A DNA stretch of 63,974 bases, filler included, from Conidiobolus incongruus B7586 (GCA_000697335.1; 12 parts of 12 records of this genome joined end to end with filler, not necessarily neighbours in it), one strand, 5' to 3'. Shown: positions 25,765 to 39,900, counted from the first letter of the whole stretch. The notes: generated by a model from the letters alone, not told the origin. Program-made: numbers and translations.

Positions 25765-27036
25765 NNNNNNNNNNNNNNNNNNNNNNNNNNNNNNNNNNNN
25801 NNNNNNNNTTAATTAATTAANNNNNNNNNNNNNNNNNNNNNNNNNNNNNNNNNNNNNNNNNNNNCTAAATATAAGATATTAGATATTATAATTATATTAA
25901 TATGATACCAAAATATAATTTCTTAATATATTATTCATATTATTTAATATATTGTTAATTAAAGTTACAAAATTAACCATCTCCTATTAAGAAAACTGGA
26001 TAAAATATATATATTTGTGATATTACTCCAACTTAATCAAATAATTTTCCATCTATTGATTATTAATAAAAGGGTATTCTTCATTATATTTAACATTGTA
26101 AAATTACAAGATAAATATTTAGTTATCAATCTCTTTATATATATATATATATAAACCTCAATTTTTTATGTGAATTTTAGAGTTTGTAATTTATTATGAT
26201 TTAATATTATAATAAATTAAAATAATAATAAAAAATTGATGAAATAATATTTTAATATAATTAATTTTTTTATAAAAATTTTAATTAATTTCATCTATTA
26301 TTTAACTAATTTTATAATTTATACTATCCCTGATATATTACAAGGTTAAAAAATCGGAAAAATTGGATAATAGATACATAATAAATATTTTATAATATAT
26401 ACTCTCTTATTCTGAAACATTAATATACCTATATCAAAATCATTAAAATAAGGTAAAATATCAAAAGTTAATAATTATATTTATGCATATAAGCATGGCA
26501 GAATAATGACAATAAATTTGATTGGGTTAGAATTAGGTTGAAAGGGATAGGAGTCAATTTTTGCCATATATAGCAAATAACAAAGTTAAAATGGATTTTT
26601 ATGCTAAAACTGAGTTGGGGAGAACAAGAGGATTTAAGAGGATTGGGCCAATTACTTATTAATATAAGGGTATCACGAAGAATTGTAATTAAGGAAGAAA
26701 AGGTATAAATACAGGCATTGGTATAATTTCAACTGATTTTATCTCCATTCTTTAAGAAGCTGAACCTAGTCGAAATTTGCTAGTGCTCAGCAAGTGTAGC
26801 ATCCCCAATTCATCAGTTTTTCACACGACTCATATTTAATTCCCACATCTTGTGATTCTACTCTATCATTTTAACAGCCTTTGATACGCATATTAACCTC
26901 TCATTTGTACTATAATCCAACTCAATTTTAAATTGGATTGTAAATTAGTATCCCTCCTACCATATATAACTCACTCACTTTCCTTTCATTATTTTCTCTT
27001 TATCGTTTTTAACGATTTATTTAAATTATATCAATC

Positions 27037-27777
27037 ATGTCTAAAACACAATTTTTAAGAGAATACAAACTAGTTGTTGTTGGCGGTGGTGGTAATTATC
27101 TTTTCCAAATTATCAATCATTATTTCATTGATTTTATTTTTTTTATTTTAAGGTGTTGGTAAATCTGCTCTTACTATTCAATTTATCCAATCTCACTTCG
27201 TTGACGAATATGATCCCACTATCGAAGGTAATTGATATAATTCATTCATTTATAATCAACTCAATTCACCTCCCCTCATTTTATAGATTCATATAGAAAA
27301 CAATGTGTTATTGATGATGAAGTAGCTCTTCTGGATGTCCTTGATACCGCTGGTCAAGAAGAATATAGCGCTATGCGTGAACAATATATGCGCACTGGTG
27401 AAGGCTTCTTACTTGTTTACTCTATTACATCGCGCTTATCTTATGATGAAATATCAACCTTCCACGATCAAATTCTTCGTGTTAAAGATAAAGAATATTT
27501 CCCTATGGTTGTAGTTGCTAATAAGTGTGATTTGGAAGCTGACAGACAGGTTTCCGGTCAAGAAGGAAGAGATTTAGCCAGAAGTTTCCAGTGTCGATTT
27601 ATGGAAACTTCCGCTAAACAAAAGATTAATGTTGATGAGGCTTTTTACACTTTAGTTCGTGAAATTAGGAAATGTTCTAAAGAGAACCAAGAATCTCCTC
27701 TGAACCACTTATCTCAAAACCTTCACAACCAATCTAACCGAGATGATCAGGGTTCTGGATGTTGTGCTATTTTATAA
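27037..27777 (+). CDS. RAS1: Ras GTPase, 206 aa; exons 27037-27091, 27153-27227, 27287-27777
   Basis: [45 protein letters not shown]-terminal CCAIL CaaX; GT-AG introns keep the frame. Confidence 0.97.
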
Positions 27778-30700
27778 GTTCAATATTTGGACAATTCAAA
27801 TTGATTTTATGTTGGCTAAATTCGATGCAATTTATTTAAATATTTATTAAAACTCTGGCCCTTTACCATCGAACTCACTCCACATAGGAAAAACTCGGAA
27901 AGAAACTATTTTAAATCCCACTCTACTCATTCTGTCTATAGTCCATTTCAACGCCCAATACACCTCACGTAATCAAAATGACCATCAATTCAAACTCATT
28001 CATTATTATCTTCGATTATCCTTTAAACAATTAATTTAATCCATATCTTTTTACTTATATAATCATCTTCATAGCAATTAAATTTTTTAAATTAAATTTC
28101 TTTATATAAATATATATATATATATTATTTAAATAAAATAATTTTTAAGTTTATTTATTAGTTATAAGATTAAGGCATATATTATATACTAAGTGTTTGA
28201 TTGCATTTAGCATGTATTATTTAATGTTTTATTCTGTAATTTTTTGAGTTTTTTGTTGAGCTGCATCCAATATTACAATATTCGTAATCAATAGTTCAAA
28301 ATCAGGGTTATAACATTTAATATTAGTTAATAATTGGTTTTAAAACCTCCATTTTTTGTTATTTTTAAACATTAAACTTGATAATAAAATTCCAAATGTA
28401 TTCACCTTATTCAAGAGCATTATTTAATAAGCACAAAACTTTATAAATCCATAATTTTACCTCATTAAAGCTATTTTAACATTCATCCAATTAAAACTTG
28501 ATGCTTTCCTAATTGGATATTTTGGCGAGTATTTTGAACAAGTAATAGGAATTGATGTAATGTATCAATTGATAATATTACTGAATTATGATACTTTTAT
28601 ATAAATTTATAATAACTAATCTAATAATATTAGTTTATAAATTCAATTTAAATTTATATATTTTATATAGTACTTTATCTTTATATTAAATTATTTAATA
28701 AAAAATAATTTACTAAATTTATATTTATTAGAATTTATAAATATATTTTGAACTACAATTAAATTCTTCTATACAATATTTGACTTTTATTCATTAAATA
28801 AAAAATAATTTGATATATATATTTTTACTAACATTTACAAAGAGAATATATATATATGTTAAATTTGATTTCAATCTGCATCATAATAATAATAAATTCG
28901 GTAAAATTATTTTTATTATTTAGTAAATATCAAAAAATTTTAGTAAAAAAACAATAAATTCTATATGATATCATTATTTTAAAATTCTTTATGAATTATT
29001 TTTTTCTTTTAATAAAATTTGATTAAAAATAAGTTAGAATTTTTATAAAGATATATATAAATATATATATTAATTTTAATAAAAATTCTTTTCAATTGAT
29101 CTAAAATCTAAATTTGTGTAATAACTATTCAATTGATATTACAAAAAATAATTTATTGTAGTATAATTATTATATATCTTATAATTTTTAATTACCATAA
29201 AAATATAACGTATGATTTCTTATTTATACAAATTATTAGATTTTAACTATTTTATTTAGAATATAAAATACAAATATTTTATATCTAAAGTTAATAATTT
29301 CAAAATGTAAGATGATAAATATAAATTCCAAAGATTGAGTGTTTAATTTACTATTATAATTAAATTATATATATATATATAAATTTATTTTATAATTTAC
29401 CGAAATTATTTATAAAAGGTTATTAAATCATAAAAACTAAATATTATTTAAAATTACTAATATTTTTATAATTTTAATAAAAACGCCTTGAGAGTATAGT
29501 AACTTAAATATTATTTACACAAATTTGCCTAAAAGCATTCTTTATAATCACAAGAATAATATAAACTGGTATTAAATAGAAATAGCAAGAACCACGACTA
29601 AATATTATTCCAATTAGTGTTATTTTTAATTCATGACAGCTTTATTAAATTGTAGTTATTTTAGATTCAAATACAGATATTCATAACTTAAAATGTTACA
29701 ATATTGCTAGCAATTTTAAATATTAAGTTAATTAATAAACTTGAATATTAATGATATTTAAACAAAGAATGAAATTTTTTGGATTTAAAATCTATATACA
29801 ATTTCACATTAATATATACAATGAATAATTTTTCTCTTAATAGTTTCAAGGATCAGGTTTCTAAAGAATTTAATCTCAATATATTGCAGTATACGTAAAT
29901 TGCCAATAAAAACTATTTAATTAGGATAATAAAATCTAGTGATCTCATTGAATTGGATTCATATACATACATATATATAAATATTATCATTATTTAAATC
30001 TCAATAATATTTGAATCTTTTTTTAAATTTTTTATTTCGATATAATATAAAATTAAATCAATTAAAAAATTTATTTAAACTGAAATATATACTATCCAAT
30101 TTGACTTTTAATGGTGTCTATATTGTAAAATCAGGCGAAGTTTTTATTTTAAAAATGATAAAATATAATATATTTTCATTATAAAACTTTTTAAAATTTC
30201 TCATACCAATTTATATATAGACTAGTATATTTATTGAATAATTTGGAAACAAGCAATAAAATGATCAACCTAAATAAAGTTTAATTTTATTTTCCTATAG
30301 ATTTAATATTAAATGGCAATATAATTTTATTTAAAATTAGTATTATGTTTAATGTTTAATTTTGAAAATTAATTGAATCAATACTGGTATTAATAAAGAT
30401 CATTAGAATATGCCTTAAATTATAATTTATTCAATAATAAAAAATATTAATATATTATTATAGATTTTTTGTTATTAAATATATATTAATTTAATAAATA
30501 TATATTAACTTGTAAAAATAAATCAGAAAATTAAAATCATGTTTTTAATAATAACAAAATCAATTTAAATTAATTTATATATATTATTAATTAATATATC
30601 TTTTATTTGATATATAATATAATTAGTGAAATTTAATTGATTATTAATCAATATATTAAAGCTTAAAATATAATTAAAAAAAGTTATAAATATATAGGTT

Positions 30701-30878
30701 TTAGTGATAATAAAACAATTAAAATATAATATATCTTTTTTTATATTTTTTTATTTTTTAATAANNNNNNNNNNNNNNNNNNNNNNNNNNNNNNNNNNNN
30801 NNNNNNNNTTAATTAATTAANNNNNNNNNNNNNNNNNNNNNNNNNNNNNNNNNNNNNNNNNNNNAAACCCCCCGGTAT

Positions 30879-31217
30879 TGTCACGAGTCAGGTGACTCTC
30901 CTCCCACGTAATATGCTTACTTCAACTGAATATAAGGGTCATTCCCCCCCTCATGTGACCAACCACTTCAACCCTATCCTTTAATCAGCTAATGATACAA
31001 CCCTCCAGAAAACTCCAGAAACCTACTACTCTATGCACTATATATAGAACCCAGAAACAGAGCTATACTAGAAGAGAAGGAGTTCGATCTGGGTCCTCCC
31101 AGCTATTTGGCTTAAACCAATAAACCCCCTATCTCCCTAACCTTTACCTGGAATTCCCTAGATCTCTCCCTTTTGCTTATACTATTCCGGACACGGCTTT
31201 CCCAAGACGTGTTAATA
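30879..31217 (+). repeat. Probable LTR of a further family, little mutated
   Basis: Begins TGTCACG next to a gap; GC-rich non-coding; TATA-like TATATATAG ~31040, AATAAA ~31119; right end and TSD uncertain. Confidence 0.5.
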
Positions 31218-32660
31218 TATTTTCAAAAATTTCAAATTAAATTAAATTTTAAATCTAGTTTACACTTATAGATTACCATACCAGAATGGTGATTAGTTGG
31301 ATATGAATCAGCATTTTCCCTTCTAAATTTGTGGTTCTGCATATTGTGTTGATACCTAAATGCGTCATAGAACAGTTCTGATTCATTTGAACCTATCAAA
31401 TGCGACTTTTATATATTCAGTAATTTAAACAGTTTATTCTTAATAATAATATAACATTCGATAAATATAGATAAAAATTAATAGATTTATGAATCAATGC
31501 TTTATATTTGAATAAGTAAATGATTATAAAATGGCTTGGGGAATACAAATTATTTCAATACTTATGAAAATAATATATATATATATATGTATTATAAATA
31601 TTCTTAAGTAGGTTGAATATTGAAATACTATATAATAATATTTTTAATAAGAATAAGTCTTAATATTATTTAATTTTAGAATATTATATTTATCATATTT
31701 TTTAAAATAACAAAAACACTATTTTTAATTGTAATTAAAAAAGCAAAATTTAAATCCATATATATATATGTGATTCTAAAGAAAGGAATTTTTTTTAAAC
31801 TAGAAAATATTATTATATATGGTTGGCTTTTATTTTTTTGAGTTTCAATATATAGTGTGTAGTTCTAACAGTAAACTTATAAATAATAACCTTCTATATA
31901 TATATATATATATATTTTGAATTTAATTTATATGTTTATAGGCTTTTATGAAAATTATAGTTAATTTTTCAGTATTACATTATGATTTAATCAAATTCAA
32001 ATTTTATCAACATTCAGTAAAAGCTTAATCAAATCACCAATATGTTTAATCCGATATCATAAAAGTAATTTTATAAAATTATTATATGTTTAGGAAAGAA
32101 TTATTACCTAACTTTTTTAAAATTTTCAAAAAAAAATTCCAAACTGATATTTAGTATATAATTGACATAATAAGTGTGAACAAGATATATAAAAACAAAA
32201 TAATTTCAATCAAATAATATTAACTTTTTATGCCAAGTCCTAGTAAAAGAAGATTATATATATTATTTATCTCTAAATTACCTTGACTTTTCATATTTTA
32301 AAATCATATTCAACCTAGGTTTTATTAATTTCATAATATATTAATTACACAAAAAAATAATTAAAATTATTAATCAAATTTTTTTTATTAAAAATAATAA
32401 GCCAATCTAATATATTTATGAAAAAATATAAATTATATTATTATATTAATATCAAATACTAATGGTTTCTCATATAAAATCAAATAAGCAAATTTTTAAT
32501 AATAAACTAGTAAAATATTGAGTAACTAAATTATTTAATAATAATTTCATAAATAATTAANNNNNNNNNNNNNNNNNNNNNNNNNNNNNNNNNNNNNNNN
32601 NNNNTTAATTAATTAANNNNNNNNNNNNNNNNNNNNNNNNNNNNNNNNNNNNNNNNNNNN

Positions 32661-33072
32661 ATATATTCAATAGGTGATAAATACAGTAATTCCATAAAAA
32701 CTGTCTATCTCATGATATATCAGCTAATATAACACCAAGTCAAGTCAAACGCTTGATTCAACTTGAGAAGGGTAATTTAATCAAGCTGACATTGTTGAGA
32801 GATATTTTGGAAAGTATCGGTACTCTGTAAATCCATCATTCTAATTAAATATGAAAGTTTAAAAAAGTATAGAAATCCAAGTCAGTAATTGTGTATGTGA
32901 TAAAGACCAAAACTGAAGCTAAGTTGGTAATCTTAATTCATTATGACCATTCAAATATCAATGCAATATTTATGAAAGTATATGGAATAATCATAATTTT
33001 CAAACTTAAATTTACCATTGATTGTCAATCATAGAAAATAAAGCACTTGCTATTCAATAATAATCAATTTAT
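32661..33072. repeat. 412-bp inverted repeat, left arm (partner 41794-42205)
   Basis: Reverse complement of 41794-42205 with no mismatch seen; left end cut by gap. Confidence 0.92.
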
Positions 33073-33669
33073 GGAATTTTTTAATTAAAAAATCCAATCT
33101 AAATAAATAGAGGATAGTATTAAGACCTATATTATATTATATTATTAATTAAAATACCATTCGACACTAATATTCTAATCAAACGAGACATTTTGGTCAG
33201 ACACTCCTTAATCTCTTATTTACATTTGACACATTCTCAAACGCCTCACATTGATTACAAGTAAATCAGTAAATCGAACTTAATTTACTATTACAACATC
33301 CATTTTTAATTTGAATATCACCTATTATTGCTGATACTAAAAAGGTTTGGCTAATTTGATAAAGTTTAAGGTATCTATCTAAACCTATTAAGGTTGATTG
33401 AATTGAGATCAATTTAATTTGAGATTTGCAATTCAGCCAAGTTTCAAATTTTTTATTTGAATTATGCGATCAATCTTGAAATATTATATAAATAGGGGAA
33501 TGGGAATTGATGTGAATTTCATTTTTTTAATATTCAGTATTTGATGTTAATTACATAATATAAAAAATTTAGTATTTGAGCATTTTGACTTGTTGCCAAA
33601 AGTTATTATTAACTTATACTAATATATTGATATTTTATTGATAACTCACTTCAAAGCATATTGGTACTT

Positions 33670-35722
33670 ATGTCTACTAAAAAAGATAATCACGATGAGG
33701 GCTATGCTGAACCCTTGATTGAAATTCCCGCTTATATGTTAGGCTGGTCCGATGAACAAAAGTCAGGTATTTTATATCCTTTATTTTTTATTTTTTCTAC
33801 ATTTTTAATCTTAACTTATAGATTTTGCATATCAGCTACTTTTAACCGTTTCAACTCCAGTATTAGCAAATTTCGCTTCCAGACTATCACCACACCTCCA
33901 TAAAAATTTCCTTGTCGAATTACCAAAGGATTTAGGACTGCTAATATTGTCATTTGTCGACCCTGTCACTTTACAGAGATGTGCCGGAGTTTCTAGAGCT
34001 TGGCGTAATTTAGCTTGTGTTCAGAGTTTGTGGGAGAATTTGTTTAAGAGAGAGGGCTGGTATCTTAATGAACACTTGATGAAATTGCATCTCAACCCCG
34101 AAGAAATGAGTAACGTAAGCTCTTGCCAGCCCTCTCCAGCTTCATCTAGGTTCGAAGCGTATGACTTTTCTAGGGATTCAAACCGAAGTCAAAGTGATTT
34201 GAGTACTTCCAATCACAACTTAGTTCGGCGATTCATGGGACTTAATTTAGAAATTCCTCGAAGTCCTACCATTTCAATTTCTGCCACTGAGTCTGGAGTT
34301 GCTTCCTTGAATGGTTCAGTTGACGATTTACCTCGTGTTCTCTCAACCCCATCTAGTGCCCGCTCCGCTCCCAGACCTCTTCCACCACCTCTTTCTAATT
34401 TACAATCCACCACTTCTGCTCCATCATCTCCATTAGGGTCTAGATTTTTACCACTTCCAATGTCTCCTTCATCACCAACACCGGTTGATATTGTGAACAC
34501 TGGTAGAATCCAGAACCCTCGCATGGGAAATATCCTAACTAGACTCCAGTCCATCCGATCTCCCACCGATATCAGCATCTTATCACCCGATCACTCCGAG
34601 CTTAGCTCAGCTCAACCCAATTCTCCTACATTTGCACTTCTGTCACCCAGATCACAGCCAATTTCCAGTCAGGTCATGAACCAGAGGGAAAATGCTTACG
34701 ATTCGAGATCGCCAATTCCAAATCCTAAAATTCCGACGAGTGAAACCTTGGCCAGATTGAAAAAACACTTTACTTACAGGAACAAGCCTTACTTGAACTG
34801 GCGTTATCTTTATCTCCAGAGAGCAATGCTTGAAAGCAATTGGTATAATGGTGTTTACAGTCTAAGGTACCTTCCAGGTCACACCGAAGGCATTTATTGT
34901 GTGCAATTTGACGAAGCTAAAGTCGTGTCGGGATCGCGTGATGATACCATCAAGATTTGGGATATCCAGTCAGGCCGCTGCTTGAGAACTTACCGTGGTC
35001 ACACTGGTTCTATTCTATGTCTTCAGTATGACGATGATATCATCGTATCCGGATCGTCCGATGGCAACATAATTATCTGGAACATTGAAACTGGAGATAT
35101 GCTTAATGTCCTCGAAGGACATACCGATTCTGTACTCAATATCAGATTCAACGACAAATTCATCGTTTCGTGTAGCAAAGACCGCACTATCAAGATTTGG
35201 GACAAGAAAACCGGAGAGCTTCTCAATACCCTGATTGGGCACCGTGTCGCAATCAATTCTGTCCAAATAGTCAATAATACGATCGTCTCTGCGAGCGGAG
35301 ATCGTACCATCAAAGTATGGAATGCATCCACTGGCGAATGCACCAAAACGCTCACAGGCCACACTCGCGGTATAGCTTGCGTTCAATTCGATGGTTGCAC
35401 CATCATCTCTGGCTCTAGCGATAAGACTATCAAAATCTGGGACTTAGAAACCGGGCAATGTACCGCCACTCTTGTAGGTCACACTGAACTTGTACGTGCT
35501 CTCGAATTCGACCACCGATTCATCATCTCTGGATCCTACGATCAGACGATCAAAGTGTGGGATCGCAACAGCGGTCGACTCATTCTCGACCTAGTGAATG
35601 GCCACAGCAGTCGTATCTTCAAACTCGCATTCAGTTCCTCCAAAATCGTCAGTTGTTCCCAAGACCAAAATATTGTGGTGTGGGATTTTGCTCACAGAGT
35701 CGATACTACAATGTTAGTTTAA
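33670..35722 (+). CDS. F-box/WD40 protein, beta-TrCP/Slimb/FWD-1/Pof11-like, 665 aa; exons 33670-33766, 33822-35722
   Basis: F-box NFLVELPKDLGLLILSFVDPVTLQRCAGVSRAW; seven WD40 repeats (GHTEGIYCVQFD..VVSGSRDDTIKIWD; GHTRGIACVQF; GHTELVR). Confidence 0.93.
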
Positions 35723-36011
35723 TTTTTCAATTTTGTAGCATTTTTAATTATTGATCAAATTTATATAATATAGATTTGTATTTTTGTAAATAATAAAATA
35801 ATCTAAAATATAATATGATACTACATCATAACAATATAATGTATAAGTGAATGTAATAAATATAATTAATTCAATTGTTTAGAATTAATTATTAATTGAA
35901 TTTTATAAAATATTCCCATAAATTCATAACCAAACCCCAATCCACTTAAAAGACTAGAGATGGTGTAATCACAAAGCTATATGATTACAATAATTAATCA
36001 AACACTGAAAA

Positions 36012-37994
36012 ATGCTATTTCAAAGGATTTCATCTCCATTCTGCAATATCAAATCAATAAATCATATAAATATAAGATATCTAACCAACATTTCCAATGT
36101 TTTGAAACAAAACGATAAAATTTACAATATTGCCACACCTATATTTTATGTGAATGCAGGTAATTATTATCAACAAATTTTCCATTCCAAAAATATTGAA
36201 TTATAGTATAGTACCTCATATTGGTCACCTCTACACAGGAGTGATTTCAGACTCCATTCACAGGTTTCAAAGAGATATTTTAAACAGGGAGAGTTTTTTG
36301 TCCACTGGGACTGACGAACATGGTCTCAAAGTAGCAATACCCGATCATTGGCAATGATGAATATTAACGTATGATTAGGTACAACAAGCTGCTCAAAAAC
36401 AGGATATCGATCCCAAATTGTTCTGTGATAAGGTGTCACCAGCATTCAATGTATGATCTTGCAATAGTATTATTGGCATCTGTGTTAATACTGATAAATT
36501 TTAGAAATTGTGCGAATTGTTCAACATTGACTACTCCGTATTTATAAGAACGTCTGAGGAGCGTCATAAAAAGACTGCTCAACTCATTTGGGTAATTTTA
36601 ATTATTAGATGATGGATTTTGTTAATTGATTATGTCTTAGGGTCAATTGAAGGAGCTTGGGTACATTTATCAGGATACGTACAATGGATGGTACTCCATC
36701 GTAGATGAAGCATTTTACAACGAGGACGAAGTGGAAAAAATTATTGTGGATGGTGTTGAAAAGATGGTAAATTTAATAGAATTTAAAGCCAAAATATATT
36801 GATTTTTGTTAGGTGTCCAAATCTACCAAATCGCAGGTAGAGTGGACTGAAGAATTGAGTTACAAATTCAGATTGAGTCAGTTTAGGGACAAGTTGATTG
36901 AGTTTCATACTAAGAACCAGGACTCCATTTTGCCTGCCAATCGCAAGCAAGAAGTTCTTGAGTGGTTGGAAAATGGATTGGATGACTTATCAATTTCTCG
37001 CAGTGTCACTCGTCTTCAGTGGGGAATTCCAGTCCCTGACGATCCTTCGCAAGTGATGTATGTATGGTTTGAAGCATTGATAAATTATCTCACAGTCACG
37101 GGCTACCCCAATTCGAGTCGTCTCCTACCCACCGATGTCCATGTGATCGGTAAGGATATTGTACGCTTCCATGCAGTTTACTATCCAGCGATTTTAATGG
37201 CACTCAACTTACCACTTCCCAAGACTCTCTTGACACACGGCCACTGGACCATGAATAATCAAAAGATGTCTAAGAGTATTGGCAATGTTGTCGATCCCAT
37301 CAATCTCGTAGAAACATCCTTTAACTACGACTGCGACCCTATTCGCTACTATTTATTAAGGGATGGAGGGAATTTCGCATCCGACGGCGATTTCTCACAC
37401 GATACCCTCAAAACCAAAATCAATAAAGAATTAGCAGGTCAGTTGGGCAATTTGTTGAGTCGTGTTAGTGGCAAAAAGCTGAATCCAGAGCTTGTCATCC
37501 CCCCATACCACTCTATTTCCATCTTTGAAATTGAAACATTTAGACCATTGCTTGAAGCTTTGGAGGCTTATCCCAATCAGTTTAGACACCACTTTGAACA
37601 TTTTGAAATTGGAAAGAGTATTCAACAGAGTGTAGATTTACTCACATTGGTAATGAATAAACCTCATCATTCAATCACACTAGCTAACTTATTCAATTAG
37701 GTCAATAAACTTATCCAGGACGAAGCACCCTGGAACTATGCATCCGATCCCAGCCAATATCAACGTCTTCAGTATGTGGTGTTCCACGTCTATGAAACTC
37801 TTCGCATCATCAGTACTTTACTACAACCCATTATGCCCACCAAAATGCAAATGTTGTTAGATACCCTTAACGTTCCCCAAACTCATAGAAATTGGAAATT
37901 TATTGGCATTGGTAAGGGCTGGAACACTGCAGAAATTACCAAGTTAGACTGGAGTAAGCTGAAAGGTGGCAGATTATTTGAATTGGTTAAATAG
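36012..37994 (+). CDS. MSM1: Mitochondrial methionyl-tRNA synthetase, 560 aa; exons 36012-36159, 36212-36330, 36379-36450, 36505-36591, 36641-36766, 36813-37649, 37701-37994
   Basis: TPIFYVNA-VPHIGH, TGTDEHGLK, WGIPVP, YVWFEAL, GKDIVRFH, KMSKS; basic N-terminal presequence-like leader; spliced length 1683 nt, divisible by 3. Confidence 0.93.
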
Positions 37995-38608
37995 TTCAAA
38001 AGTTATTTATTTTTTTGATTAATAAAATAAAAATTTTAATAATATAATAGTGAATTTGATATGATATTCCCATCAGTTTAAAAGAAATAGTATTCATTTT
38101 CAAAATTGGCTAAAATAAATAAAAAATTGAACAAAAATTATTTTAATACAAATAATGATATTATGGTAAATTGGTTATATTCCAATTATTTAGCAACTTT
38201 GTAATCAGTATTTTGTTTAAAAGTTTTTTGATTGATATTTGTTGTTTTTGGTTAATGATAACTGGTTTTATTTTTCATATATAAATTGGACAAAGTAATA
38301 CCATTAAGCAGGTGTTGATGAATATTAATTGTAATAATAGGTATTATAAAATGAGCTATATTAACTTATAATAATTATTTTTTAATAAATTTTAAGTTGA
38401 TAATATGATAGATCTAACCCTATTTCTCCCAAGACTCATAGCATTCTACAAATAAAATCATATCACATGCATATGACTCTCTTAATACTGGTATTATTAT
38501 ATAAATACCATCTTTGATAGAATAACTAAGCTTTGGATTATTATTATGCGCAATATCTTTGATAAACCTTACTTATTTACCTTAATATATCTCTGTTTAT
38601 TAGTGGTT

Positions 38609-38714
38609 CATCCACAGGTTTACAACACAGTTGTTGTTGTGCGGGTTATGGATTGGTGACAACTCCCTGTAGATCATGATTTCAGTGGTGATCCCACTGA
38701 GAACTGTGACAGAT
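38609..38714 (+). ncRNA. Candidate structured ncRNA, H/ACA snoRNA-like
   Basis: Hairpin 1 (ACAGG/CCTGT, AGTTGTTGTTG/TGGTGACAACT with G-U pairs), AGATCA (ANANNA), hairpin 2 (TCAGTGG/CCACTGA), ACA + 3 nt. Confidence 0.4.
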
Positions 38715-38721
38715 AGCTCAA

Positions 38722-38793
38722 GACGTGTTGGCGCAATGGTAGCGCGTCCGCCTCCAGAGCGGAAGGCTGGGAGTTCGAGTCTCTCACGCGTCA
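38722..38793 (+). tRNA. tRNA-Trp (CCA), intronless
   Basis: Acceptor GACGTGT/ACGCGTC, D arm GCGC/GCGC, anticodon arm TCCGC-CTCCAGA-GCGGA, T loop TTCGAGT, T-run terminator near 38817. Confidence 0.97.
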
Positions 38794-39112
38794 CTTAAGT
38801 TTAATTCTCATTGTGGTTTTTTTTCAATATTTTTTAATATCATATTCAATATCTATTTTTAGCAATTTCTATTGAATTATTTTTCTATGATTAATTCTAT
38901 GGTTTGAATATTTTTTCATCAGTTAATTGAATTTTTTTCCATTCTACTTTAGTGTTTCAAATATTAATTAAAACCTTTAAATTTATCATATATTCAGATA
39001 ATCTCATAATCATTAAAATATTCCTATTTGATATATTCATCTCTTTCCTCTAGTATTGAAAATCAATCATATATCTAATTAATGCCAATCGAATTTTTAA
39101 TTTATTTATTTA

Positions 39113-39900
39113 ATGACAATTTCTATAGTTTTTCAATAATTAAATTCACGGACCTATCATAGCTATCTCTCTACTCCATCTGTATAGTATCTGAAAATTC
39201 CAATCTATTCCAATTAAACAAACACCTTAAAGCCCTAACCTATACCAACAAATTCAAATACGACTACTTACATTTCAACCATCTCAATACTGCAAACCTC
39301 TTATCATTAGTGAGTAAATTCCCATTCTTCATCTTCAACTTTCTATATTATTTAGAGCATCGTTGTAATATAATATTTACAGAACTCGATATAAAACTTC
39401 CAAATTCCCCACACATTTAATAAAGCTCAACGATTTAGAATTTATCAAGTACTTTTTGGATAGGGGGCTCGATCTCAATTCCTATAATAATTAGGCCATT
39501 TTTAAATCCACCAAATTTAACAATTTGGAAATTATTCATCTGTTACTGAATTATAATCTAGATTTGACATTCAAAAACAGTGTAGTATTAAAACTTATCT
39601 GTAAACATAATTACTCTGATATGCTAAATTTTTCTTGAACTATGTTGAGAAGCTGAAACCGGGTGGCAAGTGTATCAAATCGAGGTTAAAAAATTAAAAC
39701 ATTGACATGGTCAGCTTCTGTATTGAAATAGATGTTAGTCCAAATATAAAGCATATAGAGTTATTAAATTAGTGAATAGCTAGTATTTTTAGGTGATTAA
39801 TCAATGAGTGTTGATATTTAAGAATATTAATGGATATTTTGAAAATTATAGGAGATAATGAAGATTTATATTAGGGACAGTTTGGAATCCGATAGATAAG
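39113..39900 (+). pseudogene. Ankyrin-repeat protein pseudogene
   Basis: LEFIKYFLDRGLDLNSYNN*AIFKSTKFNNLEIIHLLLNYNLDL...; in-frame stops and frameshifts. Confidence 0.7.

Noticed and set aside
31235..31410. ~55-codon open minus frame (SHLIGSNESELFYDAFRYQH...)
   Set aside because: No start, no recognisable motif, no supporting exon structure.
34213..35754. Antisense and alternate ORFs at 34213, 35015, 35023, 35557
   Set aside because: Shadows of the F-box/WD40 CDS.
36012..37994. Several separate short ORFs
   Set aside because: Exons or shadows of a single spliced MSM1 gene.
38600..38794. 64-aa minus-strand ORF
   Set aside because: Antisense to tRNA-Trp (the RLELPAFRSGGGRATIAP pattern is typical of reverse-translated tRNA).
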